Source: Guillardia theta CCMP2712
Lineage: Eukaryota > Protista > Cryptophyta
Length of the DNA: 64,000 bases
Reading direction: 5' to 3'
Assembly: GCF_000315625.1 (NCBI RefSeq)
Contig: NW_005434518.1
Span: 13,809-77,808 of the forward strand
Positions 33,029-46,258 of this stretch are shown piece after piece (the first letter of the stretch is position 1; the number at the start of each line of letters is the position of its first letter). Below the pieces are notes generated by a model. It saw only the letters and a list, made by a program, of their open reading frames with translations, was not told the DNA's origin and ran no database searches. The position numbers and the translations under genes were made by a program.

Positions 33029-36000
33029 ATGGCGGGAGCCGCGTCAATGGTTTGCCTAGTGCTGCGGGCGCTGGACGTCGCAGCATGGCTGATGAGCATG
33101 GGTCCTCTTTTTATGATCCTCAGAATGATGAAGTCCAGGCCCAAGGTGAGCATGCTCTCAAGAGCCCCTGTTGCAAGCGCTATGCTGGGAAGCGAGCATG
33201 TCTGTGACACGTAGGATAGTTTGATGGCCGACCCTACAAGACTTTCTGTGTCCGCGAGGATGTTGTTGATGCTACTGCGGAGTTTTTGTTTTGATAAGAT
33301 GAACAATGCGATAGAGGAGTGCGACGTTCTTCTCTCCTTTAGAAATACTGAGGATTTTAGAAGCTTCGAAGCAATGTGCTATGGGTGATATGCCGCTTCC
33401 TGAGCAGCAACTCCATTGAGGAGAGGAAGATGGAAAATGGTTTGTAGGAGCCAGTGAGGCAATAATGATGTCAGACAAGAGCAGAATACAAAAGGCTCAA
33501 TCAATGTGACGAGTGAAGAGATGATAGATGTGGTTCATGGGTTTTTCTTAGTGGTATGAAGGGGTCGGGGCTACAGCTCCGCTTCCTCCCGCCTTGAGCT
33601 TCCTCCACTCACCGCAGCCTCCAGGTCCGAGCCATCTCCAACGAATCAGACACGCCAAGAACACGGGCAGGATACTCTGACCTGACCTGCTCTCCGTGAG
33701 TTCCTGTAGATGGGGTCTATCATTGAATGACTCTGCTCGTCCCGTTCAGGTTCCCGGAGGACAACGTCTTCACCTTGTTCGACCTGCACCAGTATGTTGT
33801 CAAGAGATACGCCGATCGACCCTGCCTTGGCACCCGCGCGTTCCTGGGCAAGGCCGACAAGGGAGATCCGTAATGCTTCTTGTGCTGCGTTTTTCCCTCT
33901 CACTCGCAGTTGTGCAGCGCTAAGGGGCAGCGTTTTCCTCCGGAGATCTTCGGCGAGACCTCGTGGATAACGTATTCTGAATTCGCCGACAAAGTGAAAG
34001 CTTTCGGTGAGATCTCCCTGCTGAACGCTCCCCTGCCCCTTCGTTGCTGCCTCTTTCGCCTCCGTGCCATGGCCATGGCTGTTTGTAGCTCACACAATGC
34101 ATGCGATGCTGTTCCTCTCTGTCTGAGAAGTTGTCGCTCTGATTGCACGTCATTCAGGAAGCGCTCTCCGCGACTTGGGCATGGTCTCACACCCGTGAGT
34201 GCCTCTTGCTCGCTGCTTCCTGGGGCTGACTGACACTTGACGGCAGGGACGTTGACGACTTCGAGAAGGTCCTGCTGATCCTCTGCTGCTCTCCGATATG
34301 AGGCTGATGCGATGGTGCAGGTTCATGCTCCATGCACCTTCACCATCTACGAGAACACCTGCGCTGATTGGATGATCGCTTCCCACGGCTGCTTCTCTCA
34401 GTCCTTGGTCTGCACCACAGTCTACGCGACTCTCGGGATTGATGCAGTGATCGCTGCGGTGAACGAGTGTGGGTCGACAACTCTCCTTTGCAACCGCATG
34501 AACGTGAAGGCGCTGGCGGACAAGGCAGGGGAGATGCCAACCCTGAAGAATATCATCTACACTGAGGACAAGGTCGCGCCCAAGGATCGTCTCAACAAGC
34601 TGAAGCACGACAGGGTCAAAGTCTTCTCCATGGACGAGATTATTGAGATGGGCAAGAACCAGCCCCGCGAGTCGGTCGCTCCCACCCCCAACAGCATGGC
34701 CGTCATCATGTACACCTCTGGCTCCACGGGCAAGCCCAAGGGAGTGTTGATCACCCACAAGGCTCTTCTCGCCATGGTGGCTGGACTCGTTCACCACTTC
34801 CTCCCCCACATCAAGCCCGGGCGCGAGGTCTATGCCGCTTTCCTTCCTCTTGCTCACATCCTCGAGCTCGCCGCCGAGAACTCTCAGCTGGCCATCGGCG
34901 CTGCCCTCGGCTACTGCGACCCGCGTACGCTCACCAACAGCGGCAGCGAACCGCTGGGAGCGCTGGAGGAGTTCAAGCCGACGCTGATGGCTGCGGTGCC
35001 CAAGATCTGGGACATCATCAAGAAGGGAGCAGAGGCGAAGGCGAAGGCAGCGGGAGGGCTCAAGGCTGCCCTGTTCTCTTATGCCGTCAAGACTAAGGTA
35101 GCAGCGATGAAGTGGGGCATCAGCACGCCGCTCTTCGACCTGCTCGTCTTCTCCAAGATTAAGAAGATCACCGGAGGCAGGCTCAAGATCGCCATCAGTG
35201 GAGGAGGACCCATCGACGAGGAGGTGCAGTCCTTCTGCTCTGCCGCCATCTGCCCCATCATCCAAGGGTACGGCCTCACGGAGACCTGCGGAGGAGGAAC
35301 TGTCCAGTTCATCGGCGACACGCGCGTGGGGGTTGTGGGCATGCCGCTCTCCTCACTGCAAGTGAAGCTCATTGACGCCAGGACGGAGGACAACACCGAG
35401 TACATCATGGACAGCAACGGAGTCCCCTACAGGACGACCGACGTCCTCAACGCCAACGGAGAGCCTTGCCTTGGACGCGGAGAGGTCCTCATCGGCGGCA
35501 ACGTGGTGACCTCGGGCTACTACAAGATGCCCAAGGAGACGAAGGAGGCGTATCTTCCTGGTGGATACTTCGCTACCGGAGACATCGGAGAGTGGACCCC
35601 CGACGGTTCGCTCAAGATCGTTGACAGGAAGAAGAACCTGGTGAAGCTCAAGGGAGGAGAGTATGTTGCCATCGAGCACATGGAGATGAAGTTCAACAAC
35701 TCCGTCTTCGTGGACGCGCTGGCTGGAGGAATCCTCGTGTATGCCGGTGGAGACGTCGACCGTTCGGTCGCCTACGTACAGGTCAACAAGGGCGAGCTGG
35801 AGAAATGGGCCAGGAGCGAGGGGATCGACCTGCCATACCAGCAGCTGATCAACGATGCTCGGGCGAGGAAGGTCGTGTTCGACTCGCTGGCAGCAGAAGG
35901 GAAGAAAGGAGGACTCGGCGACCTTGAGAAGTTGTTCAACGTCACTCTCCTCGACGGGCAGATGGGTCAGGGACCGGACGCCTGGACCCCGCAGAATGGC

Positions 36001-36305
36001 GGGCTGACGGCCACCAACAAGCTGCAGAGGAGGACGGCCATTAAGGTAAGCGGGAATGAAGGAGAGTGAGGAGGGAGGAGAGGACGAAAGAATGACGTGG
36101 AAGGGAAACAAAGGGGAGGGAGGAGACGGTGGAGACAGGAGGGAGGGAAGCATGGAAGATGAAGAATGGGTGGGAGGGGAGGAGGAGCAACTAAGTGCAT
36201 GCTGTCTCTGATCCTGCTTGACCCGTGACGCAGTTGATCGGCCAAGAAAGGTTCGAGAAAGGAAAAGTTGACGCAAGACAGGACTGGATGAGAAATTTGA
36301 AGTGA
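33029..36305 (+). CDS. Long-chain acyl-CoA synthetase (LACS / ACSL3-4-like), multi-exon
   Basis: AMP-binding motif IMYTSGSTGKPKGV, FLPLAHILE, QGYGLTET, ATGDIGEW..LKIVDRKKNLVKL.GGEY. N-terminal hydrophobic exon from ATG 33029; probable 12-nt micro-exon at 33552-33563. Confidence 0.95.
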
Positions 36306-36480
36306 AGAGCCCAGGCATCAAGTGTGTTAGATTCATTTGACAGTGTTCTGGTTAAAGATACCAAAATCCTTCATTCACGATACAAAAATCTTTCATTCTC
36401 CGACCCTTCCCTTCCTCCTACGGCGCCATAGGTCCTCATAGCCACCGAGGAGGATATATTACATTCATCAGGCTGGTCTG

Positions 36481-37945
36481 TTAAGAGTTCACGGGTGAAT
36501 CCGTCCCACTAGAGTCCTTTCCGTCCATCTGATCCATATGTCAAGATGCTTCCTTCCTTCTCCCTCCCTCTCCTTGTCCCTCCCTCTCCCTCTCCTTGTC
36601 CCTCCCTCTTCTTGTCCCTCCCTCTCCTTCTCCCTGCGTTTCTCATTCTCTCCTTTCTCCATCTTCCCCCTTCTCACCTCAGCAAGCTCCACCACATGCC
36701 CTTGCGGCAGGTCCATGACAGTGATCTTCTCGATACTCGCCAGCGTCACTTCCTCGAACATGTGGGCCTCTCGCTCGGGCACACGACCGACGTCCGACAT
36801 GCCTGCCACGAGCTCAGAAGGGCACAAGTCGAGGAGGGGATGGGGGAAGTAGCAGGAGAGGAAGGAAGACATGGGAGGAGGATGGAGGAGGGTAAACATG
36901 ATGTAGGAGGAGACAAGAGGATAGATGGGAGGCGGAGGAGCAGGAGAAACAATCGGAAGCGTGAGGACGATACCTTTCTCATGATCGACCCAGAAGATTA
37001 GGATGATTCCCAGGATGCTCATTCCGCAGAGAAAAAAGAAGGCAGCGCAGATGGAGTCTGTTGAGAACTCGTCAAGGGAAGAATGAGAGCGAGGCAAGAC
37101 GGACTTGTCTTGTTGTAGATCTCAGCGCAGACGAGAGGACCCAGCCATGATGATCCCTGAGAGAGGAGAGGAGAGGGGAGGAGAGGAGAGAGGAGTGGAG
37201 AGGAGGAGAAGAGAAGAGAAGGGAGGAGGGGGGAAGGACGAGAAAGAACGAGAGGAAAGGAGCAAGATCAGTCATGTTGATATCAGGTGACATCATCTCA
37301 CCTTATCCGTGATGGCGTAGAAAGCAAAGAATTCGCTCTCCTTGCCCGGAGGTGATAAATCCGCCCATGTGGCCCTTGAGTACCCGTGAAGAGCGCTGCA
37401 AGAGCATGTAAGTTCCTCCTTCTTTCCTTCCTGTCCCCTTCTCCCTCCCCTCCCCTCCCCTCCCTATCTCTACTTGCCTACCATCCCTTTGCTGACTGCC
37501 TCCTTCTCCCTTACCCGATTAAAAGGCCGTAGAAGAAGCCAAAAGGCCAGAAAAGCTCCCACACGTGACGCATGCCAACTTGCGATGACTGCCAGCCAGT
37601 GAGAAACAGAAGAGCGAAGGAATGGTGAACTGCAAGAGATGATAGAAGAGGCGAGATGATAGAGGAGAGGAGAGGAGAGGAGAGGAGCGGAGAGAAGAGG
37701 AGCGGAGAGGAGAGGAGCGGAGAGCAGAGAAAGAGGAAGAGAGCAGAGAAGTGGGGCAGGGCAGAATTTTTTCGTTGACCTCAAAAAATCCTGACATTCC
37801 CCATGCGCTGATGAAGACATTGATAAGGACCAGCATCATCAGCACGTACTTGACGGGAATCTTGAAGTGTCCTGCGCCCTCCAAGTCAACCGAATGCTTT
37901 CAGTCTCTCTCCATTCACTCTCTCCTTCAACGTCTTTTTTTTCCG

Positions 37946-37980
<35 letters not shown>

Positions 37981-40194
37981 CACACACACACAGACTGTTG
38001 CTCTACCCTCTCGCTATGTGCTCCTCCTCCTCCTGCTCCTGCTCCTCGACTCACCTTCCAACCAGAAGAAAAAGTAGCATCCAAAGATTGCCACTACGTG
38101 GACTTCGATGACAACGTACAAGATTTGGGTCGCGTTCATACACAAGATGTTGGTCCCAGCAAGCACTCCGACTGAGGGGAATACATTCAGTCACTCGTTC
38201 TCGTCTTCTCCTGCTCCTCATGACTCACCTGTTGAGAGCGTTGAGCAAGCGTCGGAGTAGACGAACCTGTTCGTGAACATCACCACTCTCTCTTTCATGC
38301 CGCATGGATTTCAACCCCTCCCCCTCCCCGCTCTTCACTCGCTCCTTACCATGCCAGAGCGAACTTAGCAGTTTCCGGGTATTTCATGATCTCTGTAAGC
38401 ATCAAGTGAGACCCATCAATCGAGAGAGTCCAGCACACAAACCTCGGAGAGTTCGATAAGTGTTGATCCATCCCTTGAAAATCAATCGTTCTCCTGTTGT
38501 CACACCGTCAGAGTTTGCATGAAGCAGCAATGCTCATCGAGCTTTCACAACTTTCATAACTTGCTTCAACAAGCCATGCAAACAAGCATGCAGCACAAAC
38601 ATGCTTTCATCACCTGCTGGGAGATCTTTTCCAGGATATTCACGCATATACTTGAAGGTCCATAAGGAAAACAGCATAAACCAGCCCCCGCAGAAGGCAA
38701 GTGCTGCCCGTGTGCCTATCCTGTATCCAAATCCTGCAAACCTCGTCACCATCACCTTCTCCTCTCACATCTCCCTTGTCTTCTCCCTCCACCCTGAGCA
38801 CGATTCCTCCTCCCTCCTCGCTGCCTCCCTCTCCTCTCCTCTCCCCTCCCCTCCCCCTCCTCGCCCCTCGTCTTCTCCTCACCGGGTAGGAACGAAGACC
38901 CGTCCTTCTTCGTCAGCCCCAGGGCGATCATTGCGCATACCACGCACGTGATAATTCCTGCCACGTACCCGATGACTACTCCGATCCCACTCATGGCGTT
39001 TTGAATTCGCTGCCACAGTCGCAAGTCGCCGTTGGAAGCCTTGTAGTCCTTGTGCTCCGATGCCAAGAGCGGGAGGAACTGTCACGAGAGAGCAGTGAGC
39101 AAGGGAAAGGGAGAGGGCGACAGCAGCGAGGAGAGGAAAGGAGGAGAAAAGAGGTAGAACATATGGTATCAAGAAACGAGCGAGAAGAGGTTACCGAGTT
39201 GTAGAAGACTGTGCCGAGGCCGTAGAAGCCGTTCATCAGGATGGTCAGGATTCCAGCATAGACGTACATTGAGGGTTTCGTGATGGCGAGGTACAAGAAT
39301 AGGCAGATGCAGCATAGCACAGTCGAGATAACAAGACCCTGTCTCCCAAGATTATTCTCCCCTCTCTACCTTCCTCTCCTTCTCCCCTCTCACCCCACCA
39401 CACTTCACCGAGATCCATCAAGTGCACCTCTGTCAGCTCCCCCCCTCCCCCCTCCCCCCTTTCCTCGACCCCCTTTTGAAACCCCTCTCTCCCTTTCCCA
39501 CCTTCTTCCTATGCGTGCCGTAGTCGCCCATCGGGCCACAGGTGATGTAGAGAAACGCTTGCAGGGCAACGCTGAGCGACGTGACCTTCATAGCAAACTC
39601 GAAGGGCCCGACAGGGAACATGAAGTCAACAGTCTTGGGGACGATTGGAGTGATCGATGCTGCCTTGGGGTTCCACTGGAAGACTCCCTCACCCACTACG
39701 CAAGCCTTGCAGGGGTATTTCGTCCCCGGACAGCCACCCTTTTGTGCACAAGTGAGGAGAGAGGACGTGCGAGAGCCGAGGGAGAGCACGATCGAGGGAG
39801 GAGAAAGCAAAGGTGACAGAGGGAGGAGAGAGGTCGGTGCACAGAGAGAAAATGATGGGAGCAAGGAAAGCTACAGTGATCACCTGCAAAGTACAAACAT
39901 CTGGACAAGGGACGGTGAGGGAGCCTTTGTAAGCTTCGTCGGCGGCTATGTTGTTCAGGAAGACAGGAAGAAGCACAGCAAACGCTGCTGACGCGATCGA
40001 TTGATTTGCCCAGTCGTACATGTACCATGCTATCCTCTGTTTCCGAGAACCAGTTACACGGGGCCAGGTATCACTTCAGTTCATACCTCCTTGCCTTCAT
40101 CTTTGTACTTGCTCAGGTCATATTTCAGGAAGTTCCATAGATTGATCTTTTCTGCTTTGGTGAAGATAACCTGATCTTGATTTTCCTCATCCAT
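36481..40194 (-). CDS. ATG22/UMF1-family MFS transporter, multi-exon
   Basis: ATG 40194; AWYMYDWANQ, LQAFLYITCGPMGDYG..RKK, GFYGLGTVFYNS, SRATWADLSPPGKESEFFAFYAITDK. Last exon tentative. Confidence 0.9.
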
Positions 40195-41773
40195 TCTTCA
40201 CAATGGCGCTCCTTCGATCCTTCAACGCGGCGATACTTCAGTTGGAGAACATAATCTAGTCTACGAGAAGCTTGTAAACCTGTCAACCAGAGCAAGATTC
40301 AGCTGTGCATCACACAAGTCTGAGCTAGGATTATTCATCATCAATCACCCGCTTCCTCTTTGTAATGTTCTCCTTTCTCTTCTGCATTTTTCTCCACTTC
40401 CTCCCCATACTCACTCGCTACCCCACATTTCTTCGCTGCTTTACTGCCGAGCGCCGGAGCACCTGCCCCCGCTTCAACCGTGTAAATCACACCCCCGGCA
40501 ATAAATAGTCCACCCGGTCCTAATACCTGATATACCCCACCCTTTTAGCATCGATTAGAGGACCCCACACCCACCTGAGCAGTGTCGGGACACCCTCACC
40601 CCCACATTCAAGGAGTTACTACCCCACCCCTAAGTTACTCCACAACACTCCTCTTGTGCAGATCATAACCCCACCCTGGCTAGGATGTTTGTTCACCCCT
40701 ACCCCAATTTTTCCATATTGTCACCCCACAAAATCACTGCAACAAGAAATTATCAACCCCTGTGGCTATGATGAAGTACCCACCCCCGTATTCCCGTCGA
40801 TGTGGGGGAAACTGATAATGTTTTAATTTTAAAATAGTTTTCGGACCTAGAGGCGATGACCACCGAAACCCGAACCAACCTTCTGCCTAACATTTGATAT
40901 TTACAGACAAAATTTGGAGTATATTTACTACATGTTTCAAGAAAGTGCACCCCTCGGTGCTGGTGTCACTCCGTACAAGGTACATTTTAGCCAATAATAT
41001 GAAGCCTCACGAACTTCTATCATAGGATTTGAAATTTCTATTTGATAACAAGCAGAATTGGAACGTCGTATTCATTTTTGAGCTTCATGGACGAAGGGAG
41101 GGAAGGAGGGGTGGATTTTGATAGGAGAATGGACGGGTACATCTGGCAGTCGGAGCTCGTTGTTTCTTCGGCATTTCTTTTTTTTGTCATCAAAGAGCCG
41201 AACTAACTCGTTTCAAATCTTGAAGCAGAATTTCAAAAGGAGCTTTATCACGGTGCAAAAGTCTTCCGATCGGTATGCAGGGAGGGGTGGTAGACGGTAG
41301 ATGAGTGAGTAGGGGTAATCCAAGGTGTTGGTGGAGAGATAAAGCTCATACCGGATGCACAACTCGGACATGGCAACAGCGGCAGCAACAGCGGGTGATC
41401 GACGACAGGTGGGATCACGAGATTCTACCAACTTGCCTTGAAGGATCACCTTTGACATGATGAGAGGAGTTGAAGACGTTGGAGTAGATCGAATGATCAG
41501 TGTTCAACAACACCAGCCAGGAAACAGCATCTGGTCCGTGCATGTAAAGTCATAGAAATTGATACGCAGATGTGAAAAGACACCTACAAAGGTGCCAGCA
41601 AGATAAAAACAACCACAAGGACTTGCTTTTGATGAAGCAGGAGAATTGAAATCGAAAGATCAATAAAAGGGAAAGTGCAATGCAAAGAGGAAAGTCAAAA
41701 CTTCGTGAGTATACTTTATTGTCGTAATCGACTCAGACAAAGAAAACTCCGATTCACAGGCCTTCTTGCTCAT

Positions 41774-43198
41774 CTACACCCCCACCCTCCCCAGCAGCTT
41801 CACGATGTGCTCGGACGCTTGCCTCCGCACAGCCTTTACTTGCTCCTCACCGCCAACGAGCCATCGGTCCCTTGGCAAGATGCGGCTGTAGTTGTCCGAG
41901 ATGGTGCTCGCAAGCATCGCATAGCCAAGCATCAACTCCCTGCTCACCTTGTGCATCGCCTTCCGGCGCCTCCGGGTAAGAATGGTGAGACCGCTGTTGG
42001 ACATGTCGGCCAGAAGGTGTGGGGCGTAGTCGAGGCGAGGACGCACACAAAGCTTGACTCTGGCAGCAAAATTCTCGTAAGACACGCTGGTGTGATTGCA
42101 GAGTCTGATGAAATCCAGAAAGCTAAGGAAGACATCAACATGCAGGGAAGTGCGGCGGAGACTGGGCCTCAGGTCCCCGACGGCGTCTCGGAGGATGAGG
42201 GAGAACATGGCCGAGAAGGGCACGTCGTCGTCGGGCAGCAACTGCAGCATGTCTGCAAGCACCCCGGTGCTCAGCCCCACCCCTTCTGCCTCCCACAGGC
42301 CCAGGAACTCCGCCCTCCGAAACAGCTCCCTCCATGGGCACTGGCAACCGTTTTGGACGGCCTCCCTGAAGCCCCTCTCTGCAATGAGGTCGAGCATCTG
42401 GCGCATCATGTCCTGGTACTCGGCGCTTGCCCACGAGAACAGCCTCATGTACTTGGGCACTAGCACCTTCCTCCTGTACAAGTGCATGCGCAGCTCCTCC
42501 TCGCCGGTCAAGACAAGGGCCGGGCAGGCCAAGAACGCTCCTTTGTCCTGGATGACGTCGGCAAGGACGCGGTCTGCGAGGTAGTCGGCAGCCTCATCTC
42601 GGATAGAGGCAAGCTGCTCATCATCCATGTCCAGGTCAAGCAGGTGGTACCACCAACCCCTGTCCTCGCTGGCTGACCTGTAGATGTAGTAGCACAACAC
42701 CAGGGCAGGGAAGACGGCGTTGAGGCCGTCGAGCTGAAGGTCGTTGAGCATGGACAGGCCGGTGCTCCTGCACCGTCGGCGCATCACAACGATAGGAGCT
42801 TCTTCCTGCATATACTCGCTCGCTAGGCATCCAACCAGCACGGCCGCGCACGCCACGATGGGCGGAATGAGGTCCTGAGGGACGATGGGAGCGAGCATAG
42901 CGGACAGCTCAGAGACTAAGATGGAGGAGTTCGTGTCATAGCAGCTGTTGTCGTTGTTGATCGAAAGCATCATGCTAAAGTACAGGTGGTAGCGTGTTTC
43001 CTCCACGTCCTCTATCGCCCTCGCCTCCCCATTGCGCATCCCACTGGAGACCATGGTGTAACAGCCCCTCACGGAAGACAAGATGAGCCTGCCAGCGAGG
43101 GACTTGATCCTACAGCTGGCTCCTTGCAAGCTGCGCATGTGCTTGTCCATGACGCACATGATGAACTCTTGTTCGTTCCTGAACTTCGTCACGGGCAT
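41774..43198 (-). CDS. Array-2 orphan protein copy 1 (474 aa, intronless)
   Basis: Long ATG ORF preceded by CAAAA, G/C third-position bias; no family recognised. Confidence 0.8.
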   Translation of the reverse strand: MPVTKFRNEQEFIMCVMDKHMRSLQGASCRIKSLAGRLILSSVRGCYTMVSSGMRNGEARAIEDVEETRYHLYFSMMLSINNDNSCYDTNSSILVSELSAMLAPIVPQDLIPPIVACAAVLVGCLASEYMQEEAPIVVMRRRCRSTGLSMLNDLQLDGLNAVFPALVLCYYIYRSASEDRGWWYHLLDLDMDDEQLASIRDEAADYLADRVLADVIQDKGAFLACPALVLTGEEELRMHLYRRKVLVPKYMRLFSWASAEYQDMMRQMLDLIAERGFREAVQNGCQCPWRELFRRAEFLGLWEAEGVGLSTGVLADMLQLLPDDDVPFSAMFSLILRDAVGDLRPSLRRTSLHVDVFLSFLDFIRLCNHTSVSYENFAARVKLCVRPRLDYAPHLLADMSNSGLTILTRRRRKAMHKVSRELMLGYAMLASTISDNYSRILPRDRWLVGGEEQVKAVRRQASEHIVKLLGRVGV

Positions 43199-44431
43199 TT
43201 TTGTTTGCCCACCGCCCCGACCGCCATCTTATGAAGGCCTCTCGGACCCACCCACCTCCAATTCCCACAAACAAGGCTCGAGTCAGGGGTACAGGGGTAC
43301 AGGGGTCCTGCGCCTCCCACAAACCATGGAGAAACATGGCTGGGGAGCAAGATAGTCAGATGAGATTGAAGATGTTTGATATCAGATGGTTTAACTTACA
43401 TGCTTGTCTAAGTTTTCATTGCTCATATCTAACGACTGAGTATTTCAACACATGCTTACTTCACATACAGACGATTATCAAGTGAAATGGGTATGTAATG
43501 AAAGATTTACACGTCTTGTTGTCCATCTTTCTTAGTTATTGCCTCCGTCGTTAGATCATAGAATTGAGGACGTTTATGTTGTGGGTTAGTATTCATGCAC
43601 CTCAGATCACTTGTGATGTTTCATTAAGACCTCACGATAACATGTTTCAAAAATAATTTCAAACTCAAAAATAACATGAATCTTCGCAGCGGGAAATGAC
43701 TGCACACTCCCAGACCCAACGCGAGAAAGTGCAGGGCCCCTGAGCCCTGCTCCATGGCTAAGAAGAGAGGAACAGGAAAGGCAGGAGCAGGACGTGGCAA
43801 GCATCGCTCTCCTTGCTTCAATCTCCCTCGACCAGCTCGTCGAGCGCAGCCATAGCTCTTTTCCAGTACAGACCAGGTGCTGCTTGCCCCAAGGTAGCTA
43901 CCGTATCCTTCTCTCGTTCGATGACCTCCTGCTCAGGGCCTTGAGTATGCTCAACCTCTCCCCGCAAGTATCCTCACCTTTAGCGTCCTCCTCAGCCTGG
44001 AAGAGTGCGGGCAGTAGACTGTCTCCTCCTCCTGCTGATCAAGGCCATTGTGCCTGAAGTCTATGTCTGTGGACGTACCAACTTGAGGGCATACGAGTGA
44101 CTTGATGAGAGGAGTTGAAGNNNNNNNNNNNNNNNNNNNNNNNNNNNNNNNNNNNNNNNNNNNNNNNNNNNNNNNNNNNNNNNNNNNNNNNNNNNNNNNN
44201 NNNNNNNNNNNNNNNNNNNNATACGCAGATGTGAAAAGACACCTACAAAGGTGCCAGCAAGATAAAAACAACCACAAGGACTTGCTTTTGATGAAGCAGG
44301 AGAATTGAAATCGAAAGATCAATAAAAGGGAAAGTGCAATGCAAAGAGGAAAGTCAAAACTTCGTGAGTATACTTATTGTCGTTATCGACTCAGACAAAG
44401 AAAACTCCGATTCACAGGCCTTCTTGCTCAT

Positions 44432-45856
44432 CTACACCCCCACCCTCCCCAGCAGCTTCACGATGTGCTCGGACGCTTGCCTCCGCACAGCCTTTACTTG
44501 CTCCTCACCGCCAACGAGCCATCGGTCCCTTGGCAAGATGCGGCTGTAGTTGTCCGAGATGGTGCTCGCAAGCATCGCATAGCTAAGCATCAACTCCCTG
44601 CTCACCTTGTGCATCGCCTTCCGGCGCCTCCGGGTAAGAATGGTGAGACCGCTGTTGGACATGTCGGCCAGAAGGTGTGGGGCGTAGTCGAGGCGAGGAC
44701 GCACACAAAGCTTGACTCTGGCAGCAAAATTCTCGTAAGACACGCTGGTGTGATTGCAGAGTCTGATGAAATCCAGAAAGCTAAGGAAGACATCAACATG
44801 CAGGGAAGTGCGGCGGAGACTGGGCCTCAGGTCCCCGACGGCGTCTCGGAGGATGAGGGAGAACATGGCCGAGAAGGGCACGTCGTCGTCGGGCAGCAAC
44901 TGCAGCATGTCTGCAAGCACCCCGGTGCTCAGCCCCACCCCTTCTGCCTCCCACAGGCCCAGGAACTCCGCCCTCCGAAACAGCTCCCTCCATGGGCACT
45001 GGCAACCGTTTTGGACGGCCTCCCTGAAGCCCCTCTCTGCAATGAGGTCGAGCATCTGGCGCATCATGTCCTGGTACTCGGCGCTTGCCCACGAGAACAG
45101 CCTCATGTACTTGGGCACTAGCACCTTCCTCCTGTACAAGTGCATGCGCAGCTCCTCCTCGCCGGTCAAGACAAGGGCCGGGCAGGCCAAGAACGCTCCT
45201 TTGTCCTGGATGACGTCGGCAAGGACGCGGTCTGCGAGGTAGTCGGCAGCCTCATCTCGGATAGAGGCAAGCTGCTCATCATCCATGTCCAGGTCAAGCA
45301 GGTGGTACCACCAACCCCTGTCCTCGCTGGCTGACCTGTAGATGTAGTAGCACAACACCAGGGCAGGGAAGACGGCGTTGAGGCCGTCGAGCTGAAGGTC
45401 GTTGAGCATGGACAGGCCGGTGCTCCTGCACCGTCGGCGCATCACAACGATAGGAGCTTCTTCCTGCATATACTCGCTCGCTAGGCATCCAACCAGCACG
45501 GCCGCGCACGCCACGATGGGCGGAATGAGGTCCTGAGGGACGATGGGAGCGAGCATAGCGGACAGCTCAGAGACTAAGATGGAGGAGTTCGTGTCATAGC
45601 AGCTGTTGTCGTTGTTAATCGAAAGCATCATGCTAAAGTACAGGTGGTAGCGTGTTTCCTCCACGTCCTCTATCGCCCTCGCCTCCCCATTGCGCATCCC
45701 ACTGGAGACCATGGTGTAACAGCCCCTCACGGAAGACAAGATGAGCCTGCCCGCGAGAGACTTGATCCTACAGCTGGCTCCTTGCAAGCTGCGCATGTGC
45801 TTGTCCATGACGCACATGATGAACTCTTGTTCGTTCCTGAACTTCGTCACGGGCAT
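44432..45856 (-). CDS. Array-2 orphan protein copy 2 (474 aa; one G-to-S change)
   Basis: Same ATG as the other copies; the 524-aa track call comes from an upstream TTG brought into frame by an indel. Confidence 0.8.
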   Translation of the reverse strand: MPVTKFRNEQEFIMCVMDKHMRSLQGASCRIKSLAGRLILSSVRGCYTMVSSGMRNGEARAIEDVEETRYHLYFSMMLSINNDNSCYDTNSSILVSELSAMLAPIVPQDLIPPIVACAAVLVGCLASEYMQEEAPIVVMRRRCRSTGLSMLNDLQLDGLNAVFPALVLCYYIYRSASEDRGWWYHLLDLDMDDEQLASIRDEAADYLADRVLADVIQDKGAFLACPALVLTGEEELRMHLYRRKVLVPKYMRLFSWASAEYQDMMRQMLDLIAERGFREAVQNGCQCPWRELFRRAEFLGLWEAEGVGLSTGVLADMLQLLPDDDVPFSAMFSLILRDAVGDLRPSLRRTSLHVDVFLSFLDFIRLCNHTSVSYENFAARVKLCVRPRLDYAPHLLADMSNSGLTILTRRRRKAMHKVSRELMLSYAMLASTISDNYSRILPRDRWLVGGEEQVKAVRRQASEHIVKLLGRVGV

Positions 45857-46102
45857 TTTTGTTTGCCCCCCACCCGACCGCCATCTTAAGAAGGCCTCTC
45901 GGACCCACCCACCTCCAATTCCCACAAACAAGGGTCGAGTCAGGGGTACAGGGGTACAGGGGTCCTGCGCCTCCCACAAACCATCGAGAACATGGCTGGG
46001 GAGCAAGATAGTCAGATGAGATTGAAGATGTTTGATATCAGATGGTTTAACTTACATGCTTGTCTAAGTTTTCATTGCTCATATCTAACGACTGAGTATT
46101 TC

Positions 46103-46258
46103 AACACATGCTTACTTCACATACAGACGATTATCAAGTGAAATGAGTATGTAATGAAAGATTTACACGTCTTGTTGTCCAACACATGCTTACTTCACAT
46201 ACAGACGATTATCAAGTGAAATGGGTATGTAATGAAAGATTTACACGTCTTGTTGTCC
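46103..46258. repeat. 78-bp direct tandem duplication in the array-2 spacer
   Basis: AACACATGCTTACTTCACATACAGACG...TTGTCC twice (46103 and 46181); also 48830 and 48908; single copy at 43447. Confidence 0.9.

Noticed and set aside
35353-36336. Long minus-strand ORFs over the acyl-CoA synthetase (also 34150-35265)
   Set aside because: Antisense shadows of a strongly conserved, codon-biased gene.
41213-41458. 81-aa minus-strand ORF spanning the left border of array 2
   Set aside because: Short, no recognisable motif; cannot tell a disrupted gene from a chance ORF.
41675-42584. Plus-strand 262-aa and 162-aa ORFs in each array-2 unit
   Set aside because: Antisense shadows of the G/C-third-position-biased 474-aa ORF.
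44081-44120. Divergent sequence in array 2 next to a gap (also 8720-8850 and 51050-51089)
   Set aside because: Immediately adjacent to N-runs; likely low-quality contig ends.
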